DNA from: Eledone cirrhosa
Lineage: Eukaryota
Direction of reading: 5' to 3'
Length of the DNA stretch: 64,000 nucleotides
Assembly (NCBI GenBank): GCA_964016885.1
Contig: OZ024740.1
Coordinates: 82,708,001-82,772,000 of the forward strand
In this document: positions 16,897 through 30,453 of the stretch, in pieces
Numbering within the stretch: position 1 is the first letter of the stretch
How the letters are laid out: every line of letters starts with the position of its first letter
Made by a program: the position numbers and the translations under genes
The notes under the pieces: model-generated
Told to the model about the DNA's origin: nothing
What the model saw: the letters and a program-made list of their open reading frames with translations, nothing else
Database searches by the model: none

Positions 16897-17469
16897 ATAA
16901 ACGTAATCCAGTAATAACGTATACATATTGTAGGTAAATGTGTTACCGTTATCGAAGTAATTTATAATTATTCATGATAAAATAGTTACGTCTAGATAAT
17001 GTACTAACTATAGTATGTAATTACAAAATAAACAATACGTTAAGATATTGTTAGAATTATAATAATATGCATTATAGATTTATTATCACAAGACAAATGA
17101 TGTTATATAATTATTATTTGTATATACCAAGGGAAATCAAAATATATGTAGAATAAAACTGTAATAAATACATCTATCATTAAAATAAAAGTTTAATGAC
17201 TGTGAAGCTACTAAATCAATTGTCAAATAACCATACACACACATGCACGCGCGCACAAACACAGATACACACGCATACACACACACACACTCACGCAATA
17301 ACACACACACACATACACACACACACATATATATATATGTATATATAAGGTGGCGACAATGTGCAGATAATTCGCCGGCTGGATCTTGAGGATTTACGAA
17401 CAAGAGACCGAGAGACTATGTTGATAGTATGGAGAATATTTGCCCTGAGCCGACTGGACTACTGCTCCC

Positions 17470-17960
17470 AACTGTGATCACCTGATTGTATCAAACTAAC
17501 CACGGAGCTTGAAACAATCCAACGAAGCTACACCATGGGGATTGCTCAGATGAAGGAGTTGAGCTACTGGGAGAGGCTAAAAGAACTAAAACTCTCCACC
17601 TTGGAACTAAGAGGGGAGAGATACATATGGGAAATCCTGGAGGGGTAAGCTCCAACTCCCGAACAGGACGTCACTACGAGGTGCCAAATATCCCTTCTTT
17701 CACATCTAGAATAAGGAGCAGACATTGCAATAGCCTGGGGTTCAAAGACCCTCAGCACATAAACAAGCTACCAAGATATAGTGTGGACGTGGACGTATTC
17801 ATAAATCATCATGACACTCTGCTCTCCAGGATCCCAGATGAGCCGACATGACAGTACGAAAATAACTTAACAGTGCTAGCAACCGACTCCCTCTTACACC
17901 AATGGCCATCAACAGACGCTGGCGATAGAAAGTGTAGCAACAAGGGTGGTGCCCCAGTGT
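17470..17960 (+). mobile_element. CR1-clade LINE 3' fragment
   Basis: Translation LETIQRSYTMGIAQMKELSYWERLKELKLSTLELRGERYIWEILEG is typical of the CR1 ORF2 C-terminus. Confidence 0.8.
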
Positions 17961-17964
17961 GTAT

Positions 17965-18014
<50 letters not shown>

Positions 18015-18543
18015 CAGAAATATCCACGGTTAGTTGTGGGGTCTAGTCTGTATGAAGAACTCAATGTAATCCATAAGTTGCAAATGTTGTAGATTAAAGT
18101 AAATCCCGGAAAACAATAAAACATCAAAAGGAAAACACAGTCATGATATAAGTTAAAACAATGAAATAAAAATTCAAGTCATTAGAAATATACCTCATTG
18201 CTTTACGATCGTTTCTAGGTGATAATAATACATTGTACGCATATTTCGTTATCGATCTATGTAGTGTTAGTTACAAAATATCAAATAAGGAATATACTTA
18301 CCTACATGTATATCATCAGCCGTTGTCAATAGCAATGACAATTTATTCAAAATCAATAGTAAAATGAGTTCTATGACCTTGTTTGGATGCAGCTGAAGAA
18401 CAAACCAATGAAATTGTGTTTTGCCATATGGTGTTAAGATGAAATATAACTCACTGTACTTGAGGTCATGACCCTTTGAAAGGAATGGTTGAATGGTGTT
18501 AAAAATAGAATTACTATAAAGAACTTATGAAGAAAAGAGATTG

Positions 18544-21058
18544 TTATATTGATAGTAGAATGTAGATGGTAACGCTAGATGAGCACCATACAATAATTCG
18601 GCCAGGGACAACCCAAGGTCCTCCTTTATTGATGACCGAATCCCCAACAAACTCGCTCCAGCGCGTAGAGTCAGAAGAAATCTGTAGAGCGGCTTTAAGT
18701 TGTCGGTGGAAACGCTCCACCATTCCATTAGAGGCAGCATGATATGCAGTTGTTTGGATGCGTTTAGCACCTATGATCTTCGTTAATTCATGGAAGAGAT
18801 TCGATTCAAACTGCCTTCCACGGTCCGTGGTAATTGTCGTCGGTACCCCATATCGAGCGATCCATCCTGACACCAGGGCACGCGCTGTCGTCTCAGCAGT
18901 AATATCTTTCAAGGGGATGGCTTCAGGCCATCACGAAAAACTATCGATAACAGTCAATAAGTAATTATGACCACCACTGATTGGCCAAGGTCCCACGATG
19001 TCCAGATGAATGTGGCGAAATCGAGCATCCGGGTTACTAAAAGTACCTAGAGGAGTCTTAACATGCCTGTGAATCTTCGATCTCTGGCAACCAACACATG
19101 AACGGCACCAAACAGTAATATCACGTCTCATATTTGGCCAGAAGAAACTAGCCGTTATGAGTTTTACTGTGGCAGAAGAACCCGGGTGTGAAATGCCGTG
19201 TAAAACAAGAAACACAGTTCGACGATGGTTCAATGGAACAAAAGGGCGTGGCGCATCCAAAGAGAGGTCGCAGAGGATCCGTCCGTCTGCGGTCGACAAT
19301 GGTAGGTATTTCATCTTGCAATTCACAAATTCAGACGATGTAACATCCAGGGCGTCGGCCACTGTATTCATAGAACCCGGAATATGTTGAATATCATTAG
19401 TAAATTGAGAGATGAAGTCGAGATGCCTAGTTTCTCTGGACGAGTACTTGTCGGATTTTGCTTGCAAGCCGAATGTCAATGGCTTGTTGTCCGTGAAGAT
19501 GGTGAACGTTCTTCCTTCAAGCATGTGGGGAAAATGCTTCACCGGCAAGTATATAGCTAACAACTGCCGTCCATGGGTGCTGTAGCGGGTTTCGACAGGT
19601 TTCAGCTTCCTGGAGAAAAATTCCAACGCTTGCTGGTGATCATTCCTACTTTGTTGCAAAACTGCGGCCACGGCAGTATCCGATGCATAAACACAAAGCG
19701 AAAGCTTAGCATTGGACACTGGGTGAGCCCACAAAGATGCATTGGCTAAAGCAATTTTCCCATTCTCAAAATCCTCGAGCTGAGTTTTATTCAAAGAAAT
19801 GTAATTTTACTTTCGGCAATTTATCAAAATTTCCGTCAGAGAGAAGAGCAGCTTAGCACAATTAGGCACAAACCGCCTGTAGAAATTGATCAGTCCCAAG
19901 AATTGGCGCAACTGACGAAGTGAGGTTGGTGGAGGCAAATCCTTTATAGCTTTAACTCTCTCAGGAAGAGGTCGAATACCGTCAGCGTGAATGACGTGAC
20001 CCAAAAATTTCAGTGCTTCGGAACCAAAAACAAATTTTGATGGATTTATCCGAACATTTTAATCCTTCAAACGACAAAATAGAAGGTCCATCCAGATGGC
20101 GCGAAAGTTGCTCTGGAGAAGAGCTAGCAACAAGATGATCATCAATATATGTGTACACAAAATCGAGGCCGCGAATGACCTCATTCATAAATCACTGGAA
20201 GGTGCTAGCAGCATTTCTTAACCCGAAAGGCATGGTGAGAAATTCAAAAGATCCAAATGGCGGAGTTATAGCCGTTTTCGGGATGTCGTCTTTGGTGACA
20301 GGAATCTGGTTGTAGGCTCGTATCAAATCGAGCTTCGAAAAAATGATACAACCTTGCAGCGAGGATGAAAAATCCTTCACATGAGGGATAGGATATCCAT
20401 CCGGTACGGTCATCGAGTTCAATCTTCTATAATTCCCCGTGCGTCTCCAATTGCCAGAAGATTTTGGCACCATATGTAATGGAGATGCCATCGGGCTCGT
20501 GGAAGGACGAATAATTCCGAGCTGTGGCATATGATCGAACTCGGACCGTGCTGCTTTCAGTTTGTCCGCTGGCAAACGGCGGTGACGCGAAAAAACTGGA
20601 GCACCAGTAGTAATAATAAAATTCTCCGTGGCGTGGTTTGGATCAGTGACTCTAAAGTTTCCATGAGTCAGTTGCGGGGATGATTTCAACAACCCGGAGT
20701 TAGCGATGAAGAATGTGGGGCTAACTGTAGAAACCTCTGCTGTTCTGCCACAAAGAGAAAAAACAGTAATATCATCGACAAGGCGTTGGTGACGGATGTC
20801 CACCGTAAAAAAAAAATGGTGCAGAAAGTCCGCGCCCAAAATCGGGTGTGGCAGGTCAGCAACAGTGAAAACCCATTTGAAATCCCGACGAAGATTTCGA
20901 AACTGAAGAGGAAGCGAGATCTGTCCAAAAGTTCGGATCGGTGACTGGTTGACAGCTTGCAATTCAATTGACGACTCGGGAGGAGTTACTGTCATACAAT
21001 TAAGAGGCCAAATACTGCACGAAGCTCCTGTGTCTACGAGGAAGGTTCTTCCAGACAT
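18544..21058 (-). pseudogene. pol: pol (protease, RT, RNase H, integrase), broken into at least 5 ORFs
   Basis: FLVDTGA (protease); [24 protein letters not shown] (RT); YASDTAVAAVL..TDNKPL (RNase H); [36 protein letters not shown] (integrase). Confidence 0.95.
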
Positions 21059-21119
21059 GAGGTGCTCTATGAATAATGGCGGTTCTGTCGTGTCTCGCAG
21101 AGTTCAGTTGCCGCCTTCA

Positions 21120-21896
21120 CTTGCTGCATTTCCCGGAGCTGAATATTTATATGGAGGCCGGCAATGTGTTGCCTTATCCGCGAAGGGGGCAATGATACCA
21201 GAAAAATAATGGATTGCTGGCGGGCGAAGTAGTATGCCGATGTTGAGTCGCGAAAGAACGCGAACGACTCCTAGGCCGCCGGGAGAACGGCCTATTCTCC
21301 CTGCATAAACGAGTGTCTTGCTGTGTCAAAGCATCAATAGCCTTTAACATGGCATCCTCACGCGTCGAGACGGGCTGGTTCGAAAGTGAAGAAGAAGCAA
21401 CACACGAGTCCGGGGCGGTAGCCTTTATAGAAAATTCTAAGATCCGATCAGCGGAGGCAGCAATCTGCTCCAAAGAGCTGGTATCCACAATGTTTGCCAA
21501 GATAATTTCGACGTTGTTTGGCAGACGAGAGAAAAATAGTTTAAATGGGCTATCTTCGGCGATCGAGTCGCTGAGGTCACTAATGTGTCTCAACATTTCA
21601 GGCGGTATTCTGTCGTCTAAACACACGTCATCAAACAATGAACGAAATCTGCTTTCAGCAGAATGACAGTTTCTTCTCAATATTTCTGCTCGTAAAAAAT
21701 CATACGAAATACCGGCTGACGGGTCCGTTATTAAATCCTTCGCCGTCGTGACGAGTGAAGAAGGAATGCCGCTTATCAAAACGTTGACCTTTTGCTCTGT
21801 TTTCACTGAATTCGCAGCAAAATATGCGTTGAGTTGTGCAAAGCAGAGTTTGGGATCACCTGAGAACGCAGGTACATTAGAACTCTTCATTGTCAA
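21120..21896 (-). pseudogene. gag: gag of the Gypsy element
   Basis: PAFSGDPKLCFAQLNAYF start and LFFSRLP..AASADRI; a frameshifted WYH..A.HC.PP (CHCC-type) knuckle at the end, as in CsRn1-clade Gag. Confidence 0.8.
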
Positions 21897-22586
21897 TCTG
21901 TATCAACTTGGACGTACAAAAGTAAGTGATATTCGCGTAAAAAGAAGGCAGAAATGTTCTAGATGTTCAGAAGAACGGGAACATAGTATAAATTTCCCTC
22001 AACATCCATAAATGCAGAAGAACAGCAAACATAAAATAAACGTTCTTAAGAATCCGTGATAGGGAAAATAATCCGGTGAATATGAAAAAGAGAAAAAAAA
22101 AAAATCTGAAGTCAACAAGTCAAATCAAATCATGACAGAAACATCCAAAAAATGGCGACAGCGTACCATGCTGCTTAGTTAAAGTTGGGAAAAGATGGCA
22201 TCACGTGATGCGCCGCAGCTAATCAGATGGCCGTATTCCAAAGGAGAAAGAGAATGGGCGGGAAAATCATAGGCCATTACAAAAAATAATTTTTTTTCTG
22301 TTTTGTCTGTTTAAAAATGTTCAAAAAGGTTGCTAATCATTTTTTTTTTGTTTTAATATATATTCTGCATATATTCTGTTTTAATATATTCACTGAACAG
22401 AGAATAACATAACAGAAGATATATGTATTTTGTTTGTTTGTTTTTGTCTGTAAATGTTCAATAGTGTTGATTACCGCTATAGCTTTCGATATATCTATTT
22501 TTTTTTAAATAAGTTTCTCTTATATAATTGCTTGTTAAAAAAGAAGTCAAATGTTTTATCAGAAGGTTGCCATTTAAAAGTGTTCA

Positions 22587-22603
22587 ACGTTCGGGGTCAA
22601 ATA
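22587..22603 (-). other. Decayed primer-binding site (tRNA-Trp-like)
   Basis: Minus strand TATTTGACCCCGAACGT resembles TGGTGACCCCGACGT, the PBS type used by CsRn1-clade elements. Confidence 0.5.
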
Positions 22604-23001
22604 GTTTAGAGGGATTGTTCACTCCCCCAGTTTGGTTGAATGAAAATATCTTCTATAGGTTTTTTGTAAGTGTATGCGCAACAAACAATTCATAAAATAC
22701 ATACCTCGATGATTATATATACATAAGCATTTTAATCACTGAAATAAACGAGACAGGTTACTACATCTGTTGCTCCTTGACTTCGTGTCAGATATTGTCA
22801 TAAAGAGGATGCGTTGAAATGTATCGTTGACCGCATGGTGCATTATAGATGCGACAGGCCAACAGACACGTCTTGTTGGCATGAAAGTCAAAGTCGCAAG
22901 AGACAGCCTTCAGCTAATGACGTCAGAAAGTGACGTCAAAACTAAGGGCAGTTAATAGTTTGTTTTTAAAGCCAGACACCAGGTGGCGTCATCTTGCTAC
23001 A
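22604..23001 (-). repeat. Candidate 5' LTR
   Basis: Begins TGTAG on the minus strand and ends next to the PBS-like site. No second copy is present to confirm it. Confidence 0.35.
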
Positions 23002-24093
23002 TATTCGTTATAACTCGCATTTCGGACACAAGTAGATTGGCATAGAGTAGGAACCGAAAACCACTTAACCAAACTGTTAAAGGGTGTTACCGAATATCGA
23101 GTATATTTCACTTTATTACGTAATACAATATTGCATATACATAAAATATAATGTATGGACCATAAAATAAAATACATTTAGTTCAGTAATAAAATACAGG
23201 GAATTTCGTGTTTCTGTGTAGTTTCGTATTATGATTTGTGGCTAATGATATTTCTGTGACGTGTGAGGAAAACATTAAAACAATATTCAAAACGGATTCA
23301 GTCCTATTTCTGGAAATTAAATGGAAATTTTGTAACATTACAAATATGGATTTTGAAACATGATACATGATGATCAATACGTGGAGCCCATATAGTAATT
23401 CATATTAATATTACGGAATAATCTATCGCAAACATCGACAGGCATTTTCCATATGCTGGAAGAATATCCAAGATATGATGTTGATATTGTTGACAGGTAT
23501 TTGCAGTGACTGTTTAACACTGAAGCAAGTGGCTGCTTTATATCTTTACTTACGTCATTTTAATCATATTTTCGTTTTCAAGAAATCTGATTAAAATCCT
23601 TAAGAAAGTAAAATCGTTGAATATGGGACATCGCTATTCTTCATGCATGCATTTCGAACTGATTTTAATGTGTTTAGTTGTTCAATTGACAATTTAATAC
23701 CTCCCTCTGTGAATACTCATTCTTCCACTCTCCCATACACATGATGGGAGGATTCGATAAATTAAATACGAGTCAGGTTTTGGAGGCTGACTATCAATAT
23801 ACATTTGATTTCACTTCTCTGTGTATGAGGTTTTCTATATATTTGCATACGTGCTGTGTATTGATGATTTTTAAACGTCAGTCACCAGTTACAGATGGAT
23901 ATTCTATAGGCCAAACCAAGATACATGTCAACACTGAACAAGCAAACTAATGCTCAAATGCATTTTCACATTTAAAATCGCATGAAATCTGTTTCTAGTA
24001 TAATCTAAACTATAATAAATTAAGGACTGCTGGACTGCGTACGGTTTTTTGTTTTAATCCAGTTAGTAAAATAAGGTGGATTACTTTCAATAA

Positions 24094-24163
24094 GTAATTG
24101 TTTCTACTATTGGCACAAGGCCAGCTTTTACCCAGTGCATTACTGTTACTTTATTTTACCGAC
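24094..24163 (-). mobile_element. SINE family A, 3' fragment
   Basis: taattgtttctactattggcacaaggccagc..tttattttaccgac. Confidence 0.75.
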
Positions 24164-24675
24164 ATATTTTACTTTCACTAAATAATGAATGAATATTACA
24201 TAATTTATGTACAAAATTTCGTAAACATAAATAATTTAAAATTGACTTCTTTTCAAAGTTTCATTCACATTTCTACACTTCCGGTATATCGTCACCACCA
24301 CCACAACTACAATATATATATAGAAAGAGAGAGTGGGTGATGAGAGAGATGGAGAGATTATGATTTTCTATACGCTGATGCGTATGAGTGTGCACATACA
24401 TTCATCTATACGTATGAGTATATAACTAGTATGAGTATATAACTATAATCGCACAAACGCAAACTTATAAAAATACATTCACACATAATTTCACTCAAAA
24501 ATACATACATTCACACATATACATTTACACGATCACATGCATACAGTTATGATAGCAGCGTTCGGTGAATTGGAAACGGCATGATAAAACAAGTATAACG
24601 TTTTATTTATTTATTAACTCTTTTTTTTAAACTCATTTAATATAATGGTTACAGAATGAAAGCACTAACAAAATA

Positions 24676-25055
24676 TAATTGTTTCTACTTTTGACACAAG
24701 GCCAGCTATTACCTCAGTGTATTACTAGTACTTTATTTTATCGACCCCGTAAGGATGAAAGGCAAAGTTAACCTCGGTGGGATTTGAACTCATATTGTAA
24801 AGGGTCGTAACTCTATGCTGCAAAGCATGGCATCCGACCCTCAACCGACACTGCCAATCCACCACCCTTTTAATAATTATTTCTACATTTGGTACAAGGC
24901 CAGTATTTATCCCAGTGCATTACTGGTAAATTATTTTATCGACCCGTAAGGATGAAAGGCAAAGTTTACCTCGACGGGATTTGAACTCAGACCGTAAATA
25001 GACGTAACTATGCTGGAAAGCATGGCGTCCGGCTCTCTACCGGTACTGCCAATTC
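24676..25055 (-). mobile_element. Tandem pair of family A SINEs
   Basis: Two near-full copies, 24676-24868 and 24874-25055. Confidence 0.9.
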
Positions 25056-25620
25056 AATATATTATATACAAAGGGAAGGGAAAGGAAAAAAAAAGAAAAA
25101 GAAAAATACACAAGCACGTAATACACACATCTTAGACCACATAGAACAAAATGCAGGAGAAAGAGTGGAAAGGAGCCGATACCAGAGCAAAAGATAGCAA
25201 TATAGCGAGGGGCACATGGAAACCTCTCTAATAATTTGTGTGGCAGGAGAGCACGTTCGAAGCGGTACCAGGGATGATGGCGAAGCTGAGCTGCTGGAAC
25301 AACCAAGTGGCTCTCACGAGCATCCCCAGTTATCTCTGTTTGGCGAATCGCCAGTGAAGATAATAACCTCGCTCTCAGTAGACTGACTCCCTCAAACATC
25401 TCGAACGCCACAGGCTGGATAATGTAGTTAACTGACAGAAAACGGTATCTTAGGATTTTGGTCCGTTCAGCTGCGGATGCTGTAGCTCTCGTCCTTCCCA
25501 ATGTATCCAGATTGAGGGAAGAAGCAAAAGAGTCACTAACGGTGATGTCCCAGGTAAGGCACCTGCCGCTTGACCAGGAGTAAGACACAGCGCAAGACCG
25601 TCAAGTCCTTTCCCAACACA
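25056..25620 (-). mobile_element. Non-LTR retrotransposon 3' fragment with restriction-like endonuclease (CRE-like)
   Basis: GK.LDGL..WSSGRCLTWDITVSD..AAERTKILRY..QPVAFE..ITGDARE matches the PD-(D/E)xK C-terminus of CRE/R2-group elements; a pyrimidine-rich 3' UTR follows. Confidence 0.75.
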
Positions 25621-26039
25621 GAGGGTTACAAAATTGAGAGGTTGTTTGCCTGGGACAAAACTCTTAAGTGTTAATAGGACAGTGTGGGTATGTGAGCGGC
25701 GTTCTTAAATTAGAGACACGTGTGTGTGTGTCACTGTTTTTAAGTTAGACATATATATGTGTGTATCCCTTTCATTCCATTTACACACACATACATTCAC
25801 ACACACACACACATACACATTGCGCGATGGACGAGTGGACAGAAGTCCCTCAAATTTATATACATGTGAATGTATACAAAGAGAAGTTCAAATATCTTGA
25901 AGCCGTGTTCATGAGTGATGGAATGCAGGAGGCTGAATAAAGTGCAAGAATAGCAAAAGATGATGCAGTAATGCGCCAGACTTAGCATTCAGCAATGAGA
26001 TGAATGGGGGTATGTGTAAAAGGTAAACTCGCTGTCTTC

Positions 26040-26460
26040 CTGGTATTCCTGCCAACCCTTACCGAGGATCATGAATCTTGATTAATGACCAAAAGAATAC
26101 AGTTGCAAATAAAAGTGGCAGAAATGGGACTCCCCCGAAGGGTCTTTGGAGCAACGTTACTCGATGAAGTGCATAGCTCAGAGACCATATAGAGTCACTC
26201 CTGGTAGAGCCACTACTTCTCCGAATTGAGAGATCACAACCCCGATATTATGAGCATGTGGTTAGAATGTCTCAGGAAAGAATCGCTGGACACATTTTAC
26301 AGGCAAAACCAATCGGCAAGAGACCCAGAGGTAGACCCTGAGCAAGATAGTTGGATAATATGCATGAGATTGGTTGGTCACGCTTTGGGATCCAGCTGGA
26401 TCAGTTAGAGATGCTTGTTACTGACTGACTCGCTGGAAGGAGTGTTTGAGAAGGAATCTT
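26040..26460 (+). mobile_element. RTE-clade LINE 3' fragment
   Basis: ES*LMTKRIQLQIKVAEMGLPRRVFGATLLDEVHSSE, then a GKRPRGRP-like motif near 26315. Confidence 0.75.
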
Positions 26461-27754
26461 CCCCCATGATGCTCTAATAAATAAGTGGGTGAAGAAAATA
26501 TTGTCAATTTACTTTTCAATTCACATATATCTATATGGATATATATTTGCGTATAATACCAATATGCACACTACATATGCTAGCAGAAAACCGCGCGCGG
26601 GCGGTTTTTCTGCTAGTATATATAATGATTATAGCATCGCTTATTATTCGTTGTTGGAACGTTACTTGTTACTGTTACGTTAACTTAATCTAGTTTTCGT
26701 GCGTAAATTCTAAATCAGAGCGAACTAATGAAATACGGTTTCATATATTCATTAATACAATAGAATTAAATCATACATTACTAAACGCAGCATGTGAAAC
26801 ATAATATCATGTGCGAAATGATATTTTAAACGTAAATACCCGATAATTTATTTTATTTTTGTTATATAACAGGATTAATGGAGGAATTCAGATACAAAAA
26901 AAAATAATTGTTCTCTTTTTTAAAGAAATGTTTAAAATATACAACACACATTCATATAACAGGATATATTTCTATATTTACATGTAACATTTGGACATGC
27001 CACATAGTTGTTTGGGTCTGAATCACAACATTTGGTTATTTATCCAAGTCACTGTAATTAGAATATCGGCCATAAACAGCGTCTAAATGTAAATACCTAA
27101 TTCGACCCAGACGCCATATAATGTACCAAAGTGAAACTGTCAATCAATTAAAAAAGCGATACGATGTGAGATAACATTTTAGAGAGATATCGCTGCGACG
27201 TTGGGAATAGTTTATCACTGGGCTAGTAGATATTGACTATTGAAGGATATGTGATATAAGACATTGGTTTAGTCGTTTAATATCCTCCCAAAATAGATTA
27301 AATTGGTGTCCTAGCTTTACTGCGTGTCAAATTTATTCTAAATCCATATACAGTCTCAATTATATTTATAATTCAGTGATGGAATCATTTAAGGAGCATA
27401 AGAATATGTTGTAAGTTAGAACTTCACACAATGCAATGGAAGGAAATGTACGGTTTTGGTTCGCAATTTATATCATGTATGAATGATATGATAAATGTAA
27501 AAGAATGCCACCTGGAATAATTTCAGAAAAAATATAGATTAAGGGATAAAGTAAGAATAACATGAGTATTAGTGCGAGATATCTGTATTATGTAGTGGTA
27601 TGCTTTGCATTATTGTTTGTTAGCTTTTGCTGGTGTACGGCTGGTACATGTTGGTACGGGGGAGACAATTGTGAGTGTTGGTCTATGTCGGTATTGTGCG
27701 TTTCATTAAATTCCGGTTTTTACATAGCTCAACTAATCCCACATAGTCGTTTCT

Positions 27755-27970
27755 AATATTGTTTCTACTGTTGACACACGGCTAATAATTTGGGGAGAGT
27801 GGGAAAGTAAATTATATCTACACAAATGCATTATTTATACTTTATTCTATTGAACCCGAAATACTGAAAGCGAAGCTAACCTAGGCGGGATTCGAATTCG
27901 TAGCGTAAAACGCTGCAAAAATATCTCACAAAGCATGTTATCCAAAGCTCTCCCGATATGGTCCAATCAT
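27755..27970 (-). mobile_element. Diverged SINE related to family A
   Basis: Tail ttgtttctac, central tttattctattgaacccgaaa and B box ggcgggattcgaattc. Confidence 0.7.
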
Positions 27971-28179
27971 CATCATGGAGAGTTCGAATATTAAAATATT
28001 TTATGGAATTACTTTCGTTGCCATCATCATTCTACACACGTTCACTTGTAGATCTTTTATCGCCCATGTGCCATGTATATGATAAAACGCAGAATGATAT
28101 ATTATCCAGTTATTCCGAAATGTAGCATAATTAATCCGTTCATATAAATCATCAAAAGTACCATTTAAGTATTAATATA

Positions 28180-29100
28180 TCAGTTATACTGTATGCTCGA
28201 TTACCATTCCACGCTTATAATAGAAAAGAACTTACGTATACATTTCCTATAATCACTCTTTAGACATTAATATTGAAATAACATTTGAAAGGCATCCTAC
28301 TGTTACGTATAATAATAAATGCTGTGTCAGTAAAAATTGAAAGTCATGATAATCAATAGTAACATGGCGTTGTTAAACAATTGGTGTTTTCATTCAAGAT
28401 TTTTTATGGAAGATTTTAATTATGCTGCAAGTGATTTAGCAGGCCATATGACTCTTATCATATCGGAAGTTGTATTCTGTTGACGAGAGTGACCACTTTT
28501 ATATGATTATGCTAATAAATGAATTTGAAATGCAAACATTATTTTCACTCTTTTGAATTTGTACAACTTTAAATATATATGTAATAGTTCAATAGAAACT
28601 AATTCAATGTACAACTAATTTATCTGCTCAACTAGTTAATAATAGAATTATGTGCATATTTAAGTTGTAGTTATCAATAGATATATATATGTAGCATCCA
28701 GTTGTTTTAAGAATGAAGTGGAAAAATTTGAAATTCTGCAATATAATTGACGCAACGAAAAGGAAGATAATAATAGTATTTCGCTATGAATAATACTTCA
28801 CAAAATTTGGTGAAGTTTGCTTGAATTTGGTAAAATGTAGGTATAAACACGTGTGAGGAATCGAAACCACATTCCCAGGACCCAGTACTGCGGATTATGC
28901 AAATGAATGCTAACCATCAAATGTTGTACGTGTTTACGTTTGTAACCAGAGAACATATGCTTGACTTAAGAAACATTAGTATATCGTTATTTTGAATGAC
29001 ACTAGGAATATATTAAAACAGAATTGGTAAATTTTGATCAAGGAGTCCGTAGCGTAAAGTTTACCGCACATGCGCGGCTTTCGAGATATGCAGTGTTTGA
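28180..29100 (+). pseudogene. Possible decayed ionotropic glutamate receptor-like remnant
   Basis: SLDI..EI, NQ**HGVVKQLV and ASDLAGHMT..EVVF (S1-like, ~28255-28480); RNILKQNW*IL..accgcacatgcgcggctttc (TAHxAAF, SYTANLAAF-like) at ~29000-29082. Confidence 0.35.
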
Positions 29101-30393
29101 TTTCTCGCAGGCATATCTCACCATATTTTACAGTCTCACGATTTACGTTACCTGATTTTCTCAAATATGATTTATATGAATCAACTCTTATTAAAATCAT
29201 ATTATCTCAGACGGTTGCACTGCAAAGTATAATTTGCAAGAAATTTAATTTAATCAGGTTTCCACAACCGATGAACGAACCGTATATAATGAGTAATTTT
29301 ATATAAGCATATGGATGTTATATACAAGAGCTCCATTCCAGATGTTTCAAAAATATATTAGGCAACCGAAATTCGCAAGAACAAAGAACAATAGGTATAT
29401 ATGCTTCAATATCAGCAACATCAGCATATTAATGTAATAAAATGATAATGATATGGATTAATATAATCATACACTTAATGGTATTGTAGTATGTTATCTC
29501 TCAAAACTGTAGGATAGAAAAAATGTAATATAAGAGGTCATTGTTGATAATACGTGGTTAAATATAGTTAAACAAAGAATTTATAAAAGACCAATCTAAC
29601 AATTTGTATTTTCATCGTATAATTAGTGTGACATATAAGAGGATAGTGCCAAACTGCACAGGCCGCTTCAAAGGTGTTTGGTTTTATTTTCATAGCACAA
29701 TGTAACAGATTGGGCAAGTGTTTTCTAATAAAGACTGGTGTCAACTGAATGCTCTCGAACATTCGAGGGACTTATAATCATATGATGAGTGTGTATGCTG
29801 TATGGCTGTATTAAACACCTAATTGTAATGTATAGATAATTATTCTAATATGTATTGTGGTTTTTATTAAATTAAGCTTTTTTAGCATAACAATTAAACA
29901 TATTTACTTTATAAATCTGCATAGGCCATCATTACAAAAAGAGCGATTTGAGAGTGAGATTATACTACTACTACTATTATTATATTAAATATATTTATTG
30001 TTAATCTTATTCTAATTGCCGTTTGGCTTCAATATTCCTATCTAAAAGAGGAAAGAAAGTTCGTTATACGTAATTATATAATGGTTTATTATAAGGTATC
30101 AAGTAAGAGATGTTTCTCAATAAATCATATAATATATTCTCGAATTCGACACACTTTACTATAGCAACTTAATAACCATGTCTTCTTTATGTGGGATCAA
30201 TAGACAATCTGAGATATTCTATTTCCTCACAGACAACGGCGCACAAATATAAATCACTCGAGCATGTACTTTAACATTTCCTTCATAATATATCGATATA
30301 AACTATAACCGAACGTTTACATGTTAGAATGCGAATACGATATTTCGCAAACTTTACGAATGTTATTTCCATATTTTATACTTAACTCACATT

Positions 30394-30453
30394 AATTCAA
30401 AGATATTAATTCAAAGATATCAATTCAAAGATATCAATTCAAAGATATCAATT
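30394..30453 (+). repeat. 14-bp tandem repeat x4 (AATTCAAAGATATY)
   Basis: Directly visible. Confidence 0.9.

Larger units (their letters stand above)
18525..23001 (-). mobile_element. Decayed Ty3/Gypsy LTR retrotransposon (CsRn1-like), 3'-truncated
   Basis: Domain order gag-PR-RT-RH-IN with frameshifts; PBS-like sequence and a candidate 5' LTR upstream; no 3' LTR found. Confidence 0.9.

Noticed and set aside
18198-18322. CTGATGA and GAAAcgatcgTA on the minus strand about 100 nt apart
   Set aside because: The stem I strands do not pair, so it is not called as a ribozyme.
19157-22011. Plus-strand ORFs overlapping the Gypsy element
   Set aside because: Antisense shadows of gag-pol.
30394-30453. 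Regularly spaced short repeats, considered as CRISPR-like
   Set aside because: Contiguous tandem units without spacers, in a eukaryotic context.
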